Below, piece after piece: positions 37,152 through 46,700 of a stretch of DNA of 51,464 bases. The stretch's first letter is position 1, and every line of letters begins with the position of its first letter. The translations under genes and the position numbers were made by a program. The stretch spans positions 1 through 51,464 of the forward strand of contig JBBTWN010000016.1 of the NCBI GenBank assembly GCA_038062735.1, in the 5' to 3' direction. This DNA comes from Patescibacteria group bacterium. GTDB taxonomy: Bacteria; Patescibacteriota; Minisyncoccia; Phycocordibacterales; Phycocordibacteraceae. The notes under the pieces were generated by a model. That model worked only from the letters and a program-made list of their open reading frames with translations. It ran no database searches and was not told where the DNA came from.

Positions 37152-38798
37152 ATGGGTCTTGCTGATGATTTAAAACGAGCGGTACGTGGCGACGTTGACG
37201 ACAGCGATGCGGCGCGCGAACTGACGAGTCGTGACGCGAGCGTGTATCGAGTAGTGCCTGAAGTCGTGGTGCGGCCGCGAGACGAAAAAGATATCCAGGC
37301 ACTGGTGACCTTCGTGAGCGACAAAAAACGAAAGGGCGAAGAGATATCACTGACGCCGCGATCAGCGGGCACTGACATGTCGGGCGGACCACTCACCACA
37401 TCCATTGTCGTTGATATGCTGAAGTATTTCTCTGGTGTGAAAAAAGTCGTGGACGGCCACGCAGAGGTGCTCCCCGGCACATACTTTCGTGATTTTGATA
37501 CAGCGACCAAACTGAGCGGGCAGGAGCTTCCGAGTTACACCGCGAGCCGCGAAATATGCACCGTCGGTGGTATGGTGGGGAATAACGCAGGTGGAGAAAA
37601 AAATTTAAAGTATGGCAAAACAGCACGCTACGTTGAATCGCTTGATGTCGTGATGGCTGACGGCATGGTGCATACATTAAAAAATCTTGAAGGTGCCGCA
37701 CTTACTGCCAAACTTCGCGAGCATGGCTTCGAAGGCGGTGTGTACCGCGCTTGTTCTAGTATTTTGCAAAATAACAAAATAGTTATTGAAAAGGCAAAAC
37801 CAACGGTTGAAAAAAATTCATCGGGCTATGCGCTTTGGGACATCGGCGACGGCATCACGAAGCTTAATCTTGCTCGGCTCATGGTTGGTGCACAAGGGAC
37901 ACTCGGCATCATCACCAACATTCAATTTGCACTCACCAAACCAGAACCATACTCATCTATGCTCGTGGTATTTGTTAAAGACATAAATGATTTGGGCCCA
38001 TTCATCCCAGAAGTGCTGAAGTTCAAGCCAGACAGTTTTGAGTCATATGACGACCATACATTTTCATTAGCGGTTAAATATTTTCCAGAATTTGCTGCAC
38101 AGATGAAAACGAATATCATCTCACTCGTTCTTTCATTTTTACCCGAGATGTGGATGGTGCTTACTGGCGGGGTGCCAAAATTGGTGTTGATGATTGAGTT
38201 TCGCGGGGAGTCGCAGGCAGCAGTACTACAAAAAGTTCGAGAGCTCTATGACCATCTTGATCCACTCTCGATGACGGAGCGAATGCACATTGTTAAAAAC
38301 GAGCGCGCCGCACGAAAGTATTGGACCATTCGTCACGAAGCATTTAATTTACTGCGGAAAAAAGTACGTGGAAGACGCACGGCACCTATCATCGACGACT
38401 TTGTGGTGCCGCCGCCCTCGCTTCCAGAATTTCTTCCAAAGCTGACTGCGATTCTCGATTCATATCGATTTCCATACGCAGTGACGGGGCACGTGGGGGA
38501 TGGAAACTTTCATATCTTTCCACTGCTCGACTTTAAAGATCCGCGTATCGCGTCCTTGATGCGCGAGCTCGTCGAGAAGGTTCACTCGCTCGTGCTCTCG
38601 TATAAGGGTTCAATTTCAGGTGAGCACAACGATGGATTAATCCGCACACCCTACGTCGAGGCGCAGTTTGGACACGAGATGTATGCACTTTTTACGCAAA
38701 TAAAAAAAATATTCGACCCGCTGAACATTTTTAACCCAGGCAAAAAAGTCGGCCTCACCCTCGACCAAGCTGCGGCTCATCTCGATACATCAAAATAA
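37152..38798 (+). CDS. FAD-binding oxidoreductase, D-lactate dehydrogenase/GlcD-like
   Basis: DASVY...P..VV.P, PRSAGTDMSG, CTVGGMVGNNAGG, GAQGTLG, GHVGDGNFH, ISGEHNDG, FDP.NIFNPGK; ATG 37152 lies 6 nt after TATCAT. Confidence 0.9.
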   Translation: MGLADDLKRAVRGDVDDSDAARELTSRDASVYRVVPEVVVRPRDEKDIQALVTFVSDKKRKGEEISLTPRSAGTDMSGGPLTTSIVVDMLKYFSGVKKVVDGHAEVLPGTYFRDFDTATKLSGQELPSYTASREICTVGGMVGNNAGGEKNLKYGKTARYVESLDVVMADGMVHTLKNLEGAALTAKLREHGFEGGVYRACSSILQNNKIVIEKAKPTVEKNSSGYALWDIGDGITKLNLARLMVGAQGTLGIITNIQFALTKPEPYSSMLVVFVKDINDLGPFIPEVLKFKPDSFESYDDHTFSLAVKYFPEFAAQMKTNIISLVLSFLPEMWMVLTGGVPKLVLMIEFRGESQAAVLQKVRELYDHLDPLSMTERMHIVKNERAARKYWTIRHEAFNLLRKKVRGRRTAPIIDDFVVPPPSLPEFLPKLTAILDSYRFPYAVTGHVGDGNFHIFPLLDFKDPRIASLMRELVEKVHSLVLSYKGSISGEHNDGLIRTPYVEAQFGHEMYALFTQIKKIFDPLNIFNPGKKVGLTLDQAAAHLDTSK

Positions 38799-38799
38799 C

Positions 38800-39447
38800 A
38801 TGAGTGATATTAAAAAGATTTTTGAGTTTACGACGTACATAGAGGGGTTTAAAAAACTAGAACGGTTTGTTGGACAGACGTTTTGGCGAGAGTATCCACA
38901 GCCACACCACTATGAGTCGAACGCCGATCATTCGTGGCGCATGGCGATGCTTCTTGTTGTTCTCGAGCCGCGTCTCGCGAAACCTTTTGATTTTAAAAAG
39001 GCGATGACGATGCTCCTTATCCACGACATACCCGAGCTAATCGCAGGGGACCCCAGTCCCTTGGGTGTGTCCGGCACGGGCGAGGACTCGCACGCGTTTA
39101 ATGATGTGCTCGCAGAAGAAAAGTTTGAACGTGAAAAAAGTGCGGCAGAAATAATTTTTTCAAAACTCCCCAACGTCGATGCAGAGGCACTCATGACGTA
39201 CTGGCTCGAGTTTGAAAATCAATCTTCATACGAAGCACGCGTGGTGAAAGCGCTTGATAAATTTGAAGGAAAGCTCCAGTGTATTGAATATACAAAAAGT
39301 GTCATGTTTAAGACACACTACGACTTCACTATGCGCTACGGCGTCGACACGTTTGCTGTCGACCCGACTATTAAAGAGCTTGGCGACATACTTTTGAATG
39401 AACTCGATACAAATTATAAAGAATTTACACCAGCAGAAGTAGTTTGA
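38800..39447 (+). CDS. HD-domain phosphohydrolase (YfbR/HDDC2-like 5'-nucleotidase)
   Basis: ESNADHSWR, IHDIPE..AGD, EA..VKALDKFE. Confidence 0.88.
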   Translation: MSDIKKIFEFTTYIEGFKKLERFVGQTFWREYPQPHHYESNADHSWRMAMLLVVLEPRLAKPFDFKKAMTMLLIHDIPELIAGDPSPLGVSGTGEDSHAFNDVLAEEKFEREKSAAEIIFSKLPNVDAEALMTYWLEFENQSSYEARVVKALDKFEGKLQCIEYTKSVMFKTHYDFTMRYGVDTFAVDPTIKELGDILLNELDTNYKEFTPAEVV

Positions 39448-39478
39448 CCTACACGTGTTGCTCGTGTAGGGTAGCCAG

Positions 39479-39721
39479 ATGGAAAGTCCGCGCGCACGAT
39501 ATAGAGGGCAGCTCGCGATGCGATTTGAAGAGATCGGGAGGCGGGGGCTCGTCGAGGGTGTTCGCGTTCAATTCTTCGATGGCGTGGTCAATGGATGGAG
39601 GGACGGATACGAGATAACGGTTGTCTCACCCGCAGGGTATATCAGCGCACGACATCTTAAGGGAGGAGATCCTGTCGTGTCGCGCGATCCACGTTACTTT
39701 TTAAAAAGTGGCGTTCGTTAG
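39479..39721 (+). CDS. Small orphan protein
   Basis: TTGACC-17-TAGGGT-6-ATG, 80 aa. Confidence 0.6.
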   Translation: MESPRARYRGQLAMRFEEIGRRGLVEGVRVQFFDGVVNGWRDGYEITVVSPAGYISARHLKGGDPVVSRDPRYFLKSGVR

Positions 39722-39751
39722 CGTAGTGAATCTGCGTGATACCATCCCTAC

Positions 39752-40462
39752 ATGTGTTGGAGTGTAGAGGCATCAGCCGGGTTAGCCATCGTCGGTGTCG
39801 CCGCAACTATCTACTCGTATCGGAGGGGTGACCCGAGTTTATTGTGGATACCGCTCGCGTATTTTGCTGGGATGGAGATTCTACAAACACTGAGCTACCC
39901 AGTGATCGATAACTGCACATCGTCACAAAATCAGATGCTCACACTGCTGAGCTATTTCCACATCGCATTTCAACCGTTCTTTTTCAATGCGCTGTACATG
40001 TATTTTATTCCAAAAGGTGTGCGTCAGCGTATTCTCCCGTGGGTGTTCGTGTTTTGCTTTGCGCTCGCCGTCATCATGCTCGTTCGCATCTATCCGATCG
40101 ATGGATTAGCCCAATGTCAGGCAGGGTCGTATCTCTGTGGGCGTGAGTTGTGTACATTTACTGGCTCATGGCATCTCGCGTGGTCTGTACCACTCAACGA
40201 TGCACTGCCGTACGTGCCAGCCTTTGCGTTGGGGGTCTTTGTGCTCCCACTTTTGTATGGATCGTGGAAGGGCGTTATGTTTACCGTTATCACGGGGCCT
40301 ATCCTTTCGTTTCTCACTACCTCAAACCCGAACGAGCAGCCGGCGATATGGTGCCTTTTTTCAATAGCATTTCTCTTCATTCTCCTCTTTACTAAATTAC
40401 GAAATTTGATGCACGTCCGCTCGTTCTTTTGGTGGCCAAAATCCTGGAACGATACGCTTTGA
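39752..40462 (+). CDS. DUF5765-like multi-TM protein (MCWS..AS N-terminus)
   Basis: MCWSVEAS, YF..MEILQ..SY.VI..C...NQ.LT.L.Y.HIAFQP, LC...G.WH.AW, AIWCLFS; TACCAT 6 nt before ATG. Confidence 0.78.
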   Translation: MCWSVEASAGLAIVGVAATIYSYRRGDPSLLWIPLAYFAGMEILQTLSYPVIDNCTSSQNQMLTLLSYFHIAFQPFFFNALYMYFIPKGVRQRILPWVFVFCFALAVIMLVRIYPIDGLAQCQAGSYLCGRELCTFTGSWHLAWSVPLNDALPYVPAFALGVFVLPLLYGSWKGVMFTVITGPILSFLTTSNPNEQPAIWCLFSIAFLFILLFTKLRNLMHVRSFFWWPKSWNDTL

Positions 40463-40496
40463 TTTTTTATGAGAGGTCGGGTATAGTAGGGGGACT

Positions 40497-41171
40497 ATGG
40501 CAGCACTGGATATCAAAGCGTCAAAGCGCACAGCACTTGGAAAGGGCGTTGCATCTTTGAGAAAAGGCGGTGAAATGCCGGCGGTTGTGTATGGTCCAAA
40601 GCAGGAATCGACCCCCATCACTCTAAACACCCGTGAATTTGAGAAGCTCTTTAAGATGGCCGGTGAATCAACGGTAATTAACGTTTCAATAGATGGGGAG
40701 TCAGTTCCGACCCTCATCCACGAAGTAGATCATGATCCCTTAACTGGCACGATCCGCCATGCAGATTTTTATGCCATCGTGAAGGGTCAGAAGGTTCAGG
40801 TCAAGGTGCCACTTACGTTTACGGGCGAGTCAGTTGCTGTTCGGGACCTAGGCGCGAACTTTGTTAAAATCATGCATGAACTCGAGGTTGAAGCTGATCC
40901 AATGAACCTCCCACACGAACTCACTGCCGACATTTCGCCACTCCTTGTTATTGGCGATCACGTGCTTGCAAAAGATGTTGTACTTCCAGCCGGCGTGGTG
41001 CTTATCGAGAAGCCAGACGAAGTGGTAGCGATCGCCGCCGCAGCAAACCAAGAGGAAGTTGTTGAAGCGCCGGCGGAGGTTGATATGGCAGCGATTGGTG
41101 ACGCTGTTGAGCGCGGTAAGAAAGAAGAAGAGATTATTGCAGGAGCGGAGGGCGAGACGCCAGCAGCATAA
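40497..41171 (+). CDS. rplY: 50S ribosomal protein L25/CTC
   Basis: LR..G.MPAVVYG, HADFY, V.VPL.F.GE, V.A.P.NLP, acidic tail. Confidence 0.95.
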   Translation: MAALDIKASKRTALGKGVASLRKGGEMPAVVYGPKQESTPITLNTREFEKLFKMAGESTVINVSIDGESVPTLIHEVDHDPLTGTIRHADFYAIVKGQKVQVKVPLTFTGESVAVRDLGANFVKIMHELEVEADPMNLPHELTADISPLLVIGDHVLAKDVVLPAGVVLIEKPDEVVAIAAAANQEEVVEAPAEVDMAAIGDAVERGKKEEEIIAGAEGETPAA

Positions 41172-41174
41172 CTA

Positions 41175-41203
41175 TTGACAGCTCAACGTGTACGAAATAC
41201 ACT
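41175..41203 (+). promoter_or_regulatory. Near-consensus sigma70 promoter, leaderless geometry
   Basis: TTGACA (41175-41180), 17 bp, TACACT (41198-41203), 6 nt, ATG 41210. Confidence 0.8.
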
Positions 41204-41209
41204 GCACGT

Positions 41210-41554
41210 ATGTTCGGGTGGTTTAAGTCCAGCACTCCTGAAGAAATAAAGCTCCGTTTTGTTAAATCGACATTACAGCATGTCGAATCTATGCAGAAAA
41301 AGCATTCTTTGTTTGGAAAAATTCGTGATGACGCTATGCGCGACGCTCGACTTTCGCGTACTCTTATTCCAAAGTCAGATGGAAGTTTTGTTAGAGGCGA
41401 GATTCGATCGGCAATGGGAGGTTTGCGCGATGTAAATGTTCGTGCTGCGCGCGAAGCAAATTGGGCCCGTGTACGGATTAAAAGAGAATTAGGAAAGGAT
41501 ATTAAGATAGCTCATCAGTTGCTCGACACCCCTGCGGAGTTGCGTACGTCATAA
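41210..41554 (+). CDS. Small basic orphan protein
   Basis: 114-aa ORF with dedicated promoter. Confidence 0.65.
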   Translation: MFGWFKSSTPEEIKLRFVKSTLQHVESMQKKHSLFGKIRDDAMRDARLSRTLIPKSDGSFVRGEIRSAMGGLRDVNVRAAREANWARVRIKRELGKDIKIAHQLLDTPAELRTS

Positions 41555-41583
41555 AGTTATACCACGTACGTTATACTAGAGGT

Positions 41584-42960
41584 ATGACGCGCCTTTTAGC
41601 ATGCGTGGTTCTTCTGGTCTTCCTTATCCCAGGGATGACGTTGGCTGAAGTGACCAGTGCTGACGTTGCTGCGCACCGCGCTGAACTCGAACGACAGCTC
41701 CAGGCGATTGAAGCTGACATTGCTGCGCAGCGCGGGGTTCTCTCCGAGAAACAAAAAGAACGACAATCACTTGAACGGGATATTGGTCTTCTCGATGCAG
41801 AAATTAGGAAAGCGCAACTTTCTATCAAAGCCCGCGACCTATCAATTGTCAAACTCTCTGACGACATCAGTCTGAAATCAAAGACGATCAGAGAGTTGGA
41901 CGAAAAAATACTCCGCGAGCGTGAGTCATTAGCAGAAATTTTAAGAAAAACGCACCTCATTGATGAGCACACCGTAGCAGAGTTTGCGCTTCGCGCAGAG
42001 GGCATCTCAGAGTTTTATGGTGATCTTGATTCGTTTGCAGTTATTCAACGTGCACTTTCAGATTCGTTTATCGCCATTGCAGAAGCAAAAGAGGTGACCA
42101 GTCGCGCAAAGAGTCAGCTTGAAGAACGAGTAGGTGAAGAAGAGGATTTAAAACAATTACAGCTGTTTGAAAAGCAGAAAATTGAAAAGCAGCAGAAAGA
42201 GCGCTCCTCCATTCTGAAAGTGACCAAGGGTGTCGAAAAGGTGTACCAAGATGTTATTAAGGCGAGCGAACGGAGTGCCGCACAAATCCGTTCAGAACTT
42301 TTTGGTCTGCGTGACTCTGCGGCGATCCCGTTTGGAACAGCGCTTGACCTTGCAAACCAAGCAAGCCGAAAAACGGGAGTCCGCGCAGCGCTTATTTTGG
42401 GTGTTTTAAAACAGGAGACCGAGCTTGGAGAGAACCTTGGCACGGGAACGTGGAGCATTGATATGCATCCGACGCGAGACGTTCCGGTCTACAAAGCGAT
42501 CACAGAGGCTTTGGGCTACAACCCTGATCGTATGCCCGTTTCAAAACAGCCAGGCTACGGGTGGGGAGGAGCTATGGGGCCTGGACAGTTTATCCCATCA
42601 ACATGGGCGTGCTATGGCGGCTTCATAAACACCACAACAGGTAAGTGCGGAAAGGGCACCGACGGCACCTATGCAGGTCCATGGGCGTATGACGAGAACA
42701 AAGACATCATCAGACGAGCACTCGGCAAATCAACGCCATCTGACCCGTGGCAAAATGCGGACGCGTTTATGGCGACCGCACTCTTGATGAAAGAGAACGG
42801 AGCGGCCGCCGGAACTCCCGCCGCGGAACGCTTGGCCGCGCTTCGCTATTTTGCAGGATGGGGCAATGCAAATAAAAGTGCATACGCATTTTATGGCGAT
42901 GGTGTCATGAAGCATGCAGAATTTTTTCAAAGTCAGATAACAATTCTTGGCGCAAATTAA
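41584..42960 (+). CDS. Secreted coiled-coil lytic murein transglycosylase (PcsB-like stalk plus SLT-type domain)
   Basis: Signal peptide, about 220-aa coiled coil, GV.KQET, GAMGPGQFIPSTW, PW...DA..ATA..M, YG..V. Confidence 0.87.
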   Translation: MTRLLACVVLLVFLIPGMTLAEVTSADVAAHRAELERQLQAIEADIAAQRGVLSEKQKERQSLERDIGLLDAEIRKAQLSIKARDLSIVKLSDDISLKSKTIRELDEKILRERESLAEILRKTHLIDEHTVAEFALRAEGISEFYGDLDSFAVIQRALSDSFIAIAEAKEVTSRAKSQLEERVGEEEDLKQLQLFEKQKIEKQQKERSSILKVTKGVEKVYQDVIKASERSAAQIRSELFGLRDSAAIPFGTALDLANQASRKTGVRAALILGVLKQETELGENLGTGTWSIDMHPTRDVPVYKAITEALGYNPDRMPVSKQPGYGWGGAMGPGQFIPSTWACYGGFINTTTGKCGKGTDGTYAGPWAYDENKDIIRRALGKSTPSDPWQNADAFMATALLMKENGAAAGTPAAERLAALRYFAGWGNANKSAYAFYGDGVMKHAEFFQSQITILGAN

Positions 42961-43012
42961 CGTGAGTGGGGAAAACGTGTCTTGACTAAAAGATAGGTGC
43001 TACCATTCGGCT

Positions 43013-43708
43013 ATGCCACCAGGTACTCAGCCTCCGATGGGCGTTTTGAATCAGGTACCGTCGCACAAAGGTGCACATATTACACGACTCATACTGATGG
43101 TAGTGGTTGTTGTCATCCTCATCGTTGTTTTTTATGTGGTGTGGACGATGACTTCAGTGAGCGGCAGCGTCTCGTTGATCGTTCGTGATGTTACTGGCGA
43201 CCGCACGCTCTACACCTACTCGTTGTCGAACAAGGAACTTGTTGAAAATGAGTCCATTGACGCCAACCTCGTGGTGAGTTCGAGCGCGAAGCTCTACCAG
43301 CGCTCTGACGGCTCTGTCATTGGACTTACTCCTGCGGGCGTTGTCATGGCGGATATTGAAAATAGAACAACTATCCTTATCGCCTCGCCGGTGTCCCCGA
43401 CTCTCCAAACACCACTTGCCGTATGGTCAGGCGGCGAGCGTATAGCATGGCAGAGCCCCGCCGATGGTTCGGTCCAGGTGTTTGAACGGACTGAGCGAGG
43501 TACCTATGTACCTATTTATTTGAATTCAGAACTAGCGGTTAGTTCACTCGGGTTTACCGAGGACGGCTCGGTGCTCGTAGCTACAAAAACTATAGTGGAA
43601 AGAGGAGGAGAACCGGTAACGACCGATGTATTTGCGATTAAGCTCAAATCAGCATCAGTTGCTCGAATTAGTAGCCTCCAAGGTTTTGCAACCATTGTCA
43701 CACCATGA
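43013..43708 (+). CDS. Membrane-anchored beta-rich protein (partial propeller-like)
   Basis: N-terminal TM; WS.GERIAW and FTEDGS.L blade-like motifs; ATGA-coupled to the next gene. Confidence 0.7.
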   Translation: MPPGTQPPMGVLNQVPSHKGAHITRLILMVVVVVILIVVFYVVWTMTSVSGSVSLIVRDVTGDRTLYTYSLSNKELVENESIDANLVVSSSAKLYQRSDGSVIGLTPAGVVMADIENRTTILIASPVSPTLQTPLAVWSGGERIAWQSPADGSVQVFERTERGTYVPIYLNSELAVSSLGFTEDGSVLVATKTIVERGGEPVTTDVFAIKLKSASVARISSLQGFATIVTP

Positions 43709-46700
43709 ACAAAGCACTTTTTTCTTTCGTCATTGCGGGTTTGTTAATTGGCACAGCGGTTGTATTGGGTTCGAGTGTCGACCCCGCACCCGTCGCTGCA
43801 GCATCATGCACTGGTACATGGCAATACCAAGGTTCTGACCTTTCCGACATGTCGTGTCCCGTTGCTAATCCAAATCGAACCGGAGCCTACTCTGCAGTTC
43901 CTACCTGTCCAAATCCAGGTAGCTTTACTGAAGGAGGGAGTTGCACTACCGGGCGGTGCAAGGCGAATGTACTGACTTCGATGAGCGGTTGTGTTATAGC
44001 AACGACGATTTATTCATGCAACGATCCAAGCGGAGTACCCGTTACAAGTTGCGTCGCCCCTGCTGCATTGTCCGCATCTTTAGTTGCAAACCCAACCTCT
44101 ATTTTAAGAGGAGAGCAGTCAATGCTCACGTGGTCATCAACAGGCGCCGTCTCATGTTCTGGAACTAATTTCAATACACAAGGAGCGGTCAGTGGCTCGG
44201 TCGTCGTTTCTCCAGCACAAACAACAACCTACACCGTCACGTGTTCTGGCGTTGGCACCCAAACCACTTCCCCCGCCTCCACCATCTCTCATACTGAGAC
44301 GCAGGCATACACCAGCTCGGCGGTGATCGCTGATATGCAGGCGAGCGGCATCAACCTTCCTGCGGTGCAGGGCAATACCGGCTTTGCGAATGACCAAACT
44401 ACCATGAATCGTGTCTGTGTACTTATCGATGGAGCAGGCGCTACCGCAAGCAATATTGGAGCACGCAGCTACACAAGTCCCGGGAACAACGGCGTGGTGT
44501 CATACAACGGTTCTGGATGGATTCGCACTGCTGGTGTGAGCGTCCACATGAGTACCTCATTTAGTTGTGTGAAGCCGGGGAGTACGACCGTAGGAAGTGC
44601 ACCAACCGCTTCTGCAAGTGCAAGCGTCAGTGTGTCACAGCCAGACCCAGTTGAAGAAACGCCATTCACTGTCCAGTGCAGCCCAACTCCATCGCAGGCG
44701 CAAACTGGCCAGGCAGTAACTTGGAACTCATCCGTGACTGGGGGTGAGGGTAATTATTCATACTCATGGAGTGGCACCGATGGATTGACAGGGACAGGAC
44801 AAACAGCACAAAAAACATACACAACTGCTGGCCATAAAGCAGGAAAACTAACCGTTAAATATACGCCATCGCTCGTGGTGAATGCACCACAAACGTCCGA
44901 ACCACCGAGCACTGCTCCGACTGTTCCGCCTCCGCCCCCAACCACGCCGCCACAATTTATAATACCTCCAGCTTCGATTTGTCCTGCAATCGGATGGGTG
45001 ACACCAATTGCACCGTGCACAGGTGGCACCTGGCAGCCGTCATTTAGCTCAGGCGGATGCCAGACTGGCTGGCAGTGTGTTCAAAATACGACAACGACCA
45101 CTGGTGGAGGAGGCTACATCCAACCAATGAACATTGAACTTGGACCAAGCATCAACGATCTTATAAACTCGTTTGAGCCCCCAACTATCTATAAGTTCCC
45201 CGACATTCAGACCGTTGATGGATTTGTGCTCGGCACACAATGCTCAGAAGCAAACAATCCCGATCAGTGGTATTCCGGGAGCGCAGTGTTAACTGCAAAT
45301 GAGGGTCTTAATGGCCCGCACGATTGTGCGGCCGAAGCGGCAAGCGCAGGCTATGAATACTGGAATCGCTCCGTACGAACAACATCATGTGTCGGCAATA
45401 TCTGCCAGGTTGACCCGGTCTTTACTGTTTGCTATGGACTCACAAGCCCAGGTGCACTCGCCGCTAAGCCCGCTATCGTCGCGAGCAATGTGGATACGAG
45501 GTACGACTCCGGTAGAGTGTGCGCCGCAGGTGCTATGACGAGCGGCGGTAACTGCTCGCTTCAATTTTCTCCATCGACTATTCAAACCGGGGAGTCAACA
45601 ACCATGTCTTGGACTGCAAATGGTGCAGTGTCAGCATCGGTTAACAACGGTATTGGGCCGGTAACTCCTGCAACCTCAGGATCGAAAGTAATATCACCGA
45701 CCTCGAGTGGCACATACACCCTGACGTATTCAACATCTGGCACCCAAACCACTTCCCCCGCCTCCACCATCTCTCATACTGAGACGCAGGCATACACCAG
45801 CTCGGCGGTGATCGCTGATATGCAGGCGAGCGGCATCAACCTTCCTGCGGTGCAGGGCAATACCGGCTTTGCGAATGACCAAACTACCATGAATCGTGTC
45901 TGTGTACTTATCGATGGAGCAGGCGCTACCGCAAGCAATATTGGAGCACGCAGCTACACAAGTCCCGGGAACAACGGCGTGGTGTCATACAACGGTTCTG
46001 GATGGATTCGCACTGCTGGTGTGAGCGTCCACATGAGTACCTCATTTAGTTGTGTGAAGCCGGGGAGTACGACTATCGTGCCGGGTACCAGCGCTTCATG
46101 CCAATCTGGGACACTCACCGTGAGTGGCGCGCCAGCACCACAACCTCAAACCATTGTTGCAGATTGTAGCGGCACCATTTGTTCTGCGGCTACCTGTTCG
46201 TGTCTGACGCCGGACTGTGGTGGTGTCGAGGTGACCGAAACACAATGTTCTGATGGCATCGACAACAGCGATCCTGAAGATACACTCGTCGACATGAACG
46301 ATCCCGGCTGTTCATCGCCAGATGATGATGACGAAACTGATGCACCACAATGCTCAGACGGGTATGATAATGATCAAGATAGTGATGAGGATTTTCCTCA
46401 AGATTCTGGCTGTGAAGGCCCTGACGATGACGATGAGACTGGTTCAAATGGCCTCACCGTTTCATGTTCACCCAATAAAACGACAGGCAAGGTCGGGGAC
46501 TCCATTAGATGGAGTTCGACAGTAAGTGGAGGCACGTCTCCATACACCTATTCATGGACCGGAACCGATGGACTCTCGGGCAGTTCGGCAAGTGTACAAA
46601 AGACGTATACCACCGAGGGTACAAAAACTGCATCGCTTACCGTAAATGACAATTCTCCTTCGACACCAGCAGTAACAACTATTTGTAACGGACTTCAGTG

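Noticed and set aside
33002-38798. BfaAB-type methyl-branched lipid pathway (cfa plus FAD oxidoreductase)
   Set aside because: Genes are 3 kb apart in separate units, and the FAD enzyme has the GEHxDG motif of 2-hydroxyacid dehydrogenases
44253-46073. Diversity-generating retroelement TR/VR pair
   Set aside because: Copies show no adenine-specific mismatches, both are in-frame coding, and no reverse transcriptase is in the window
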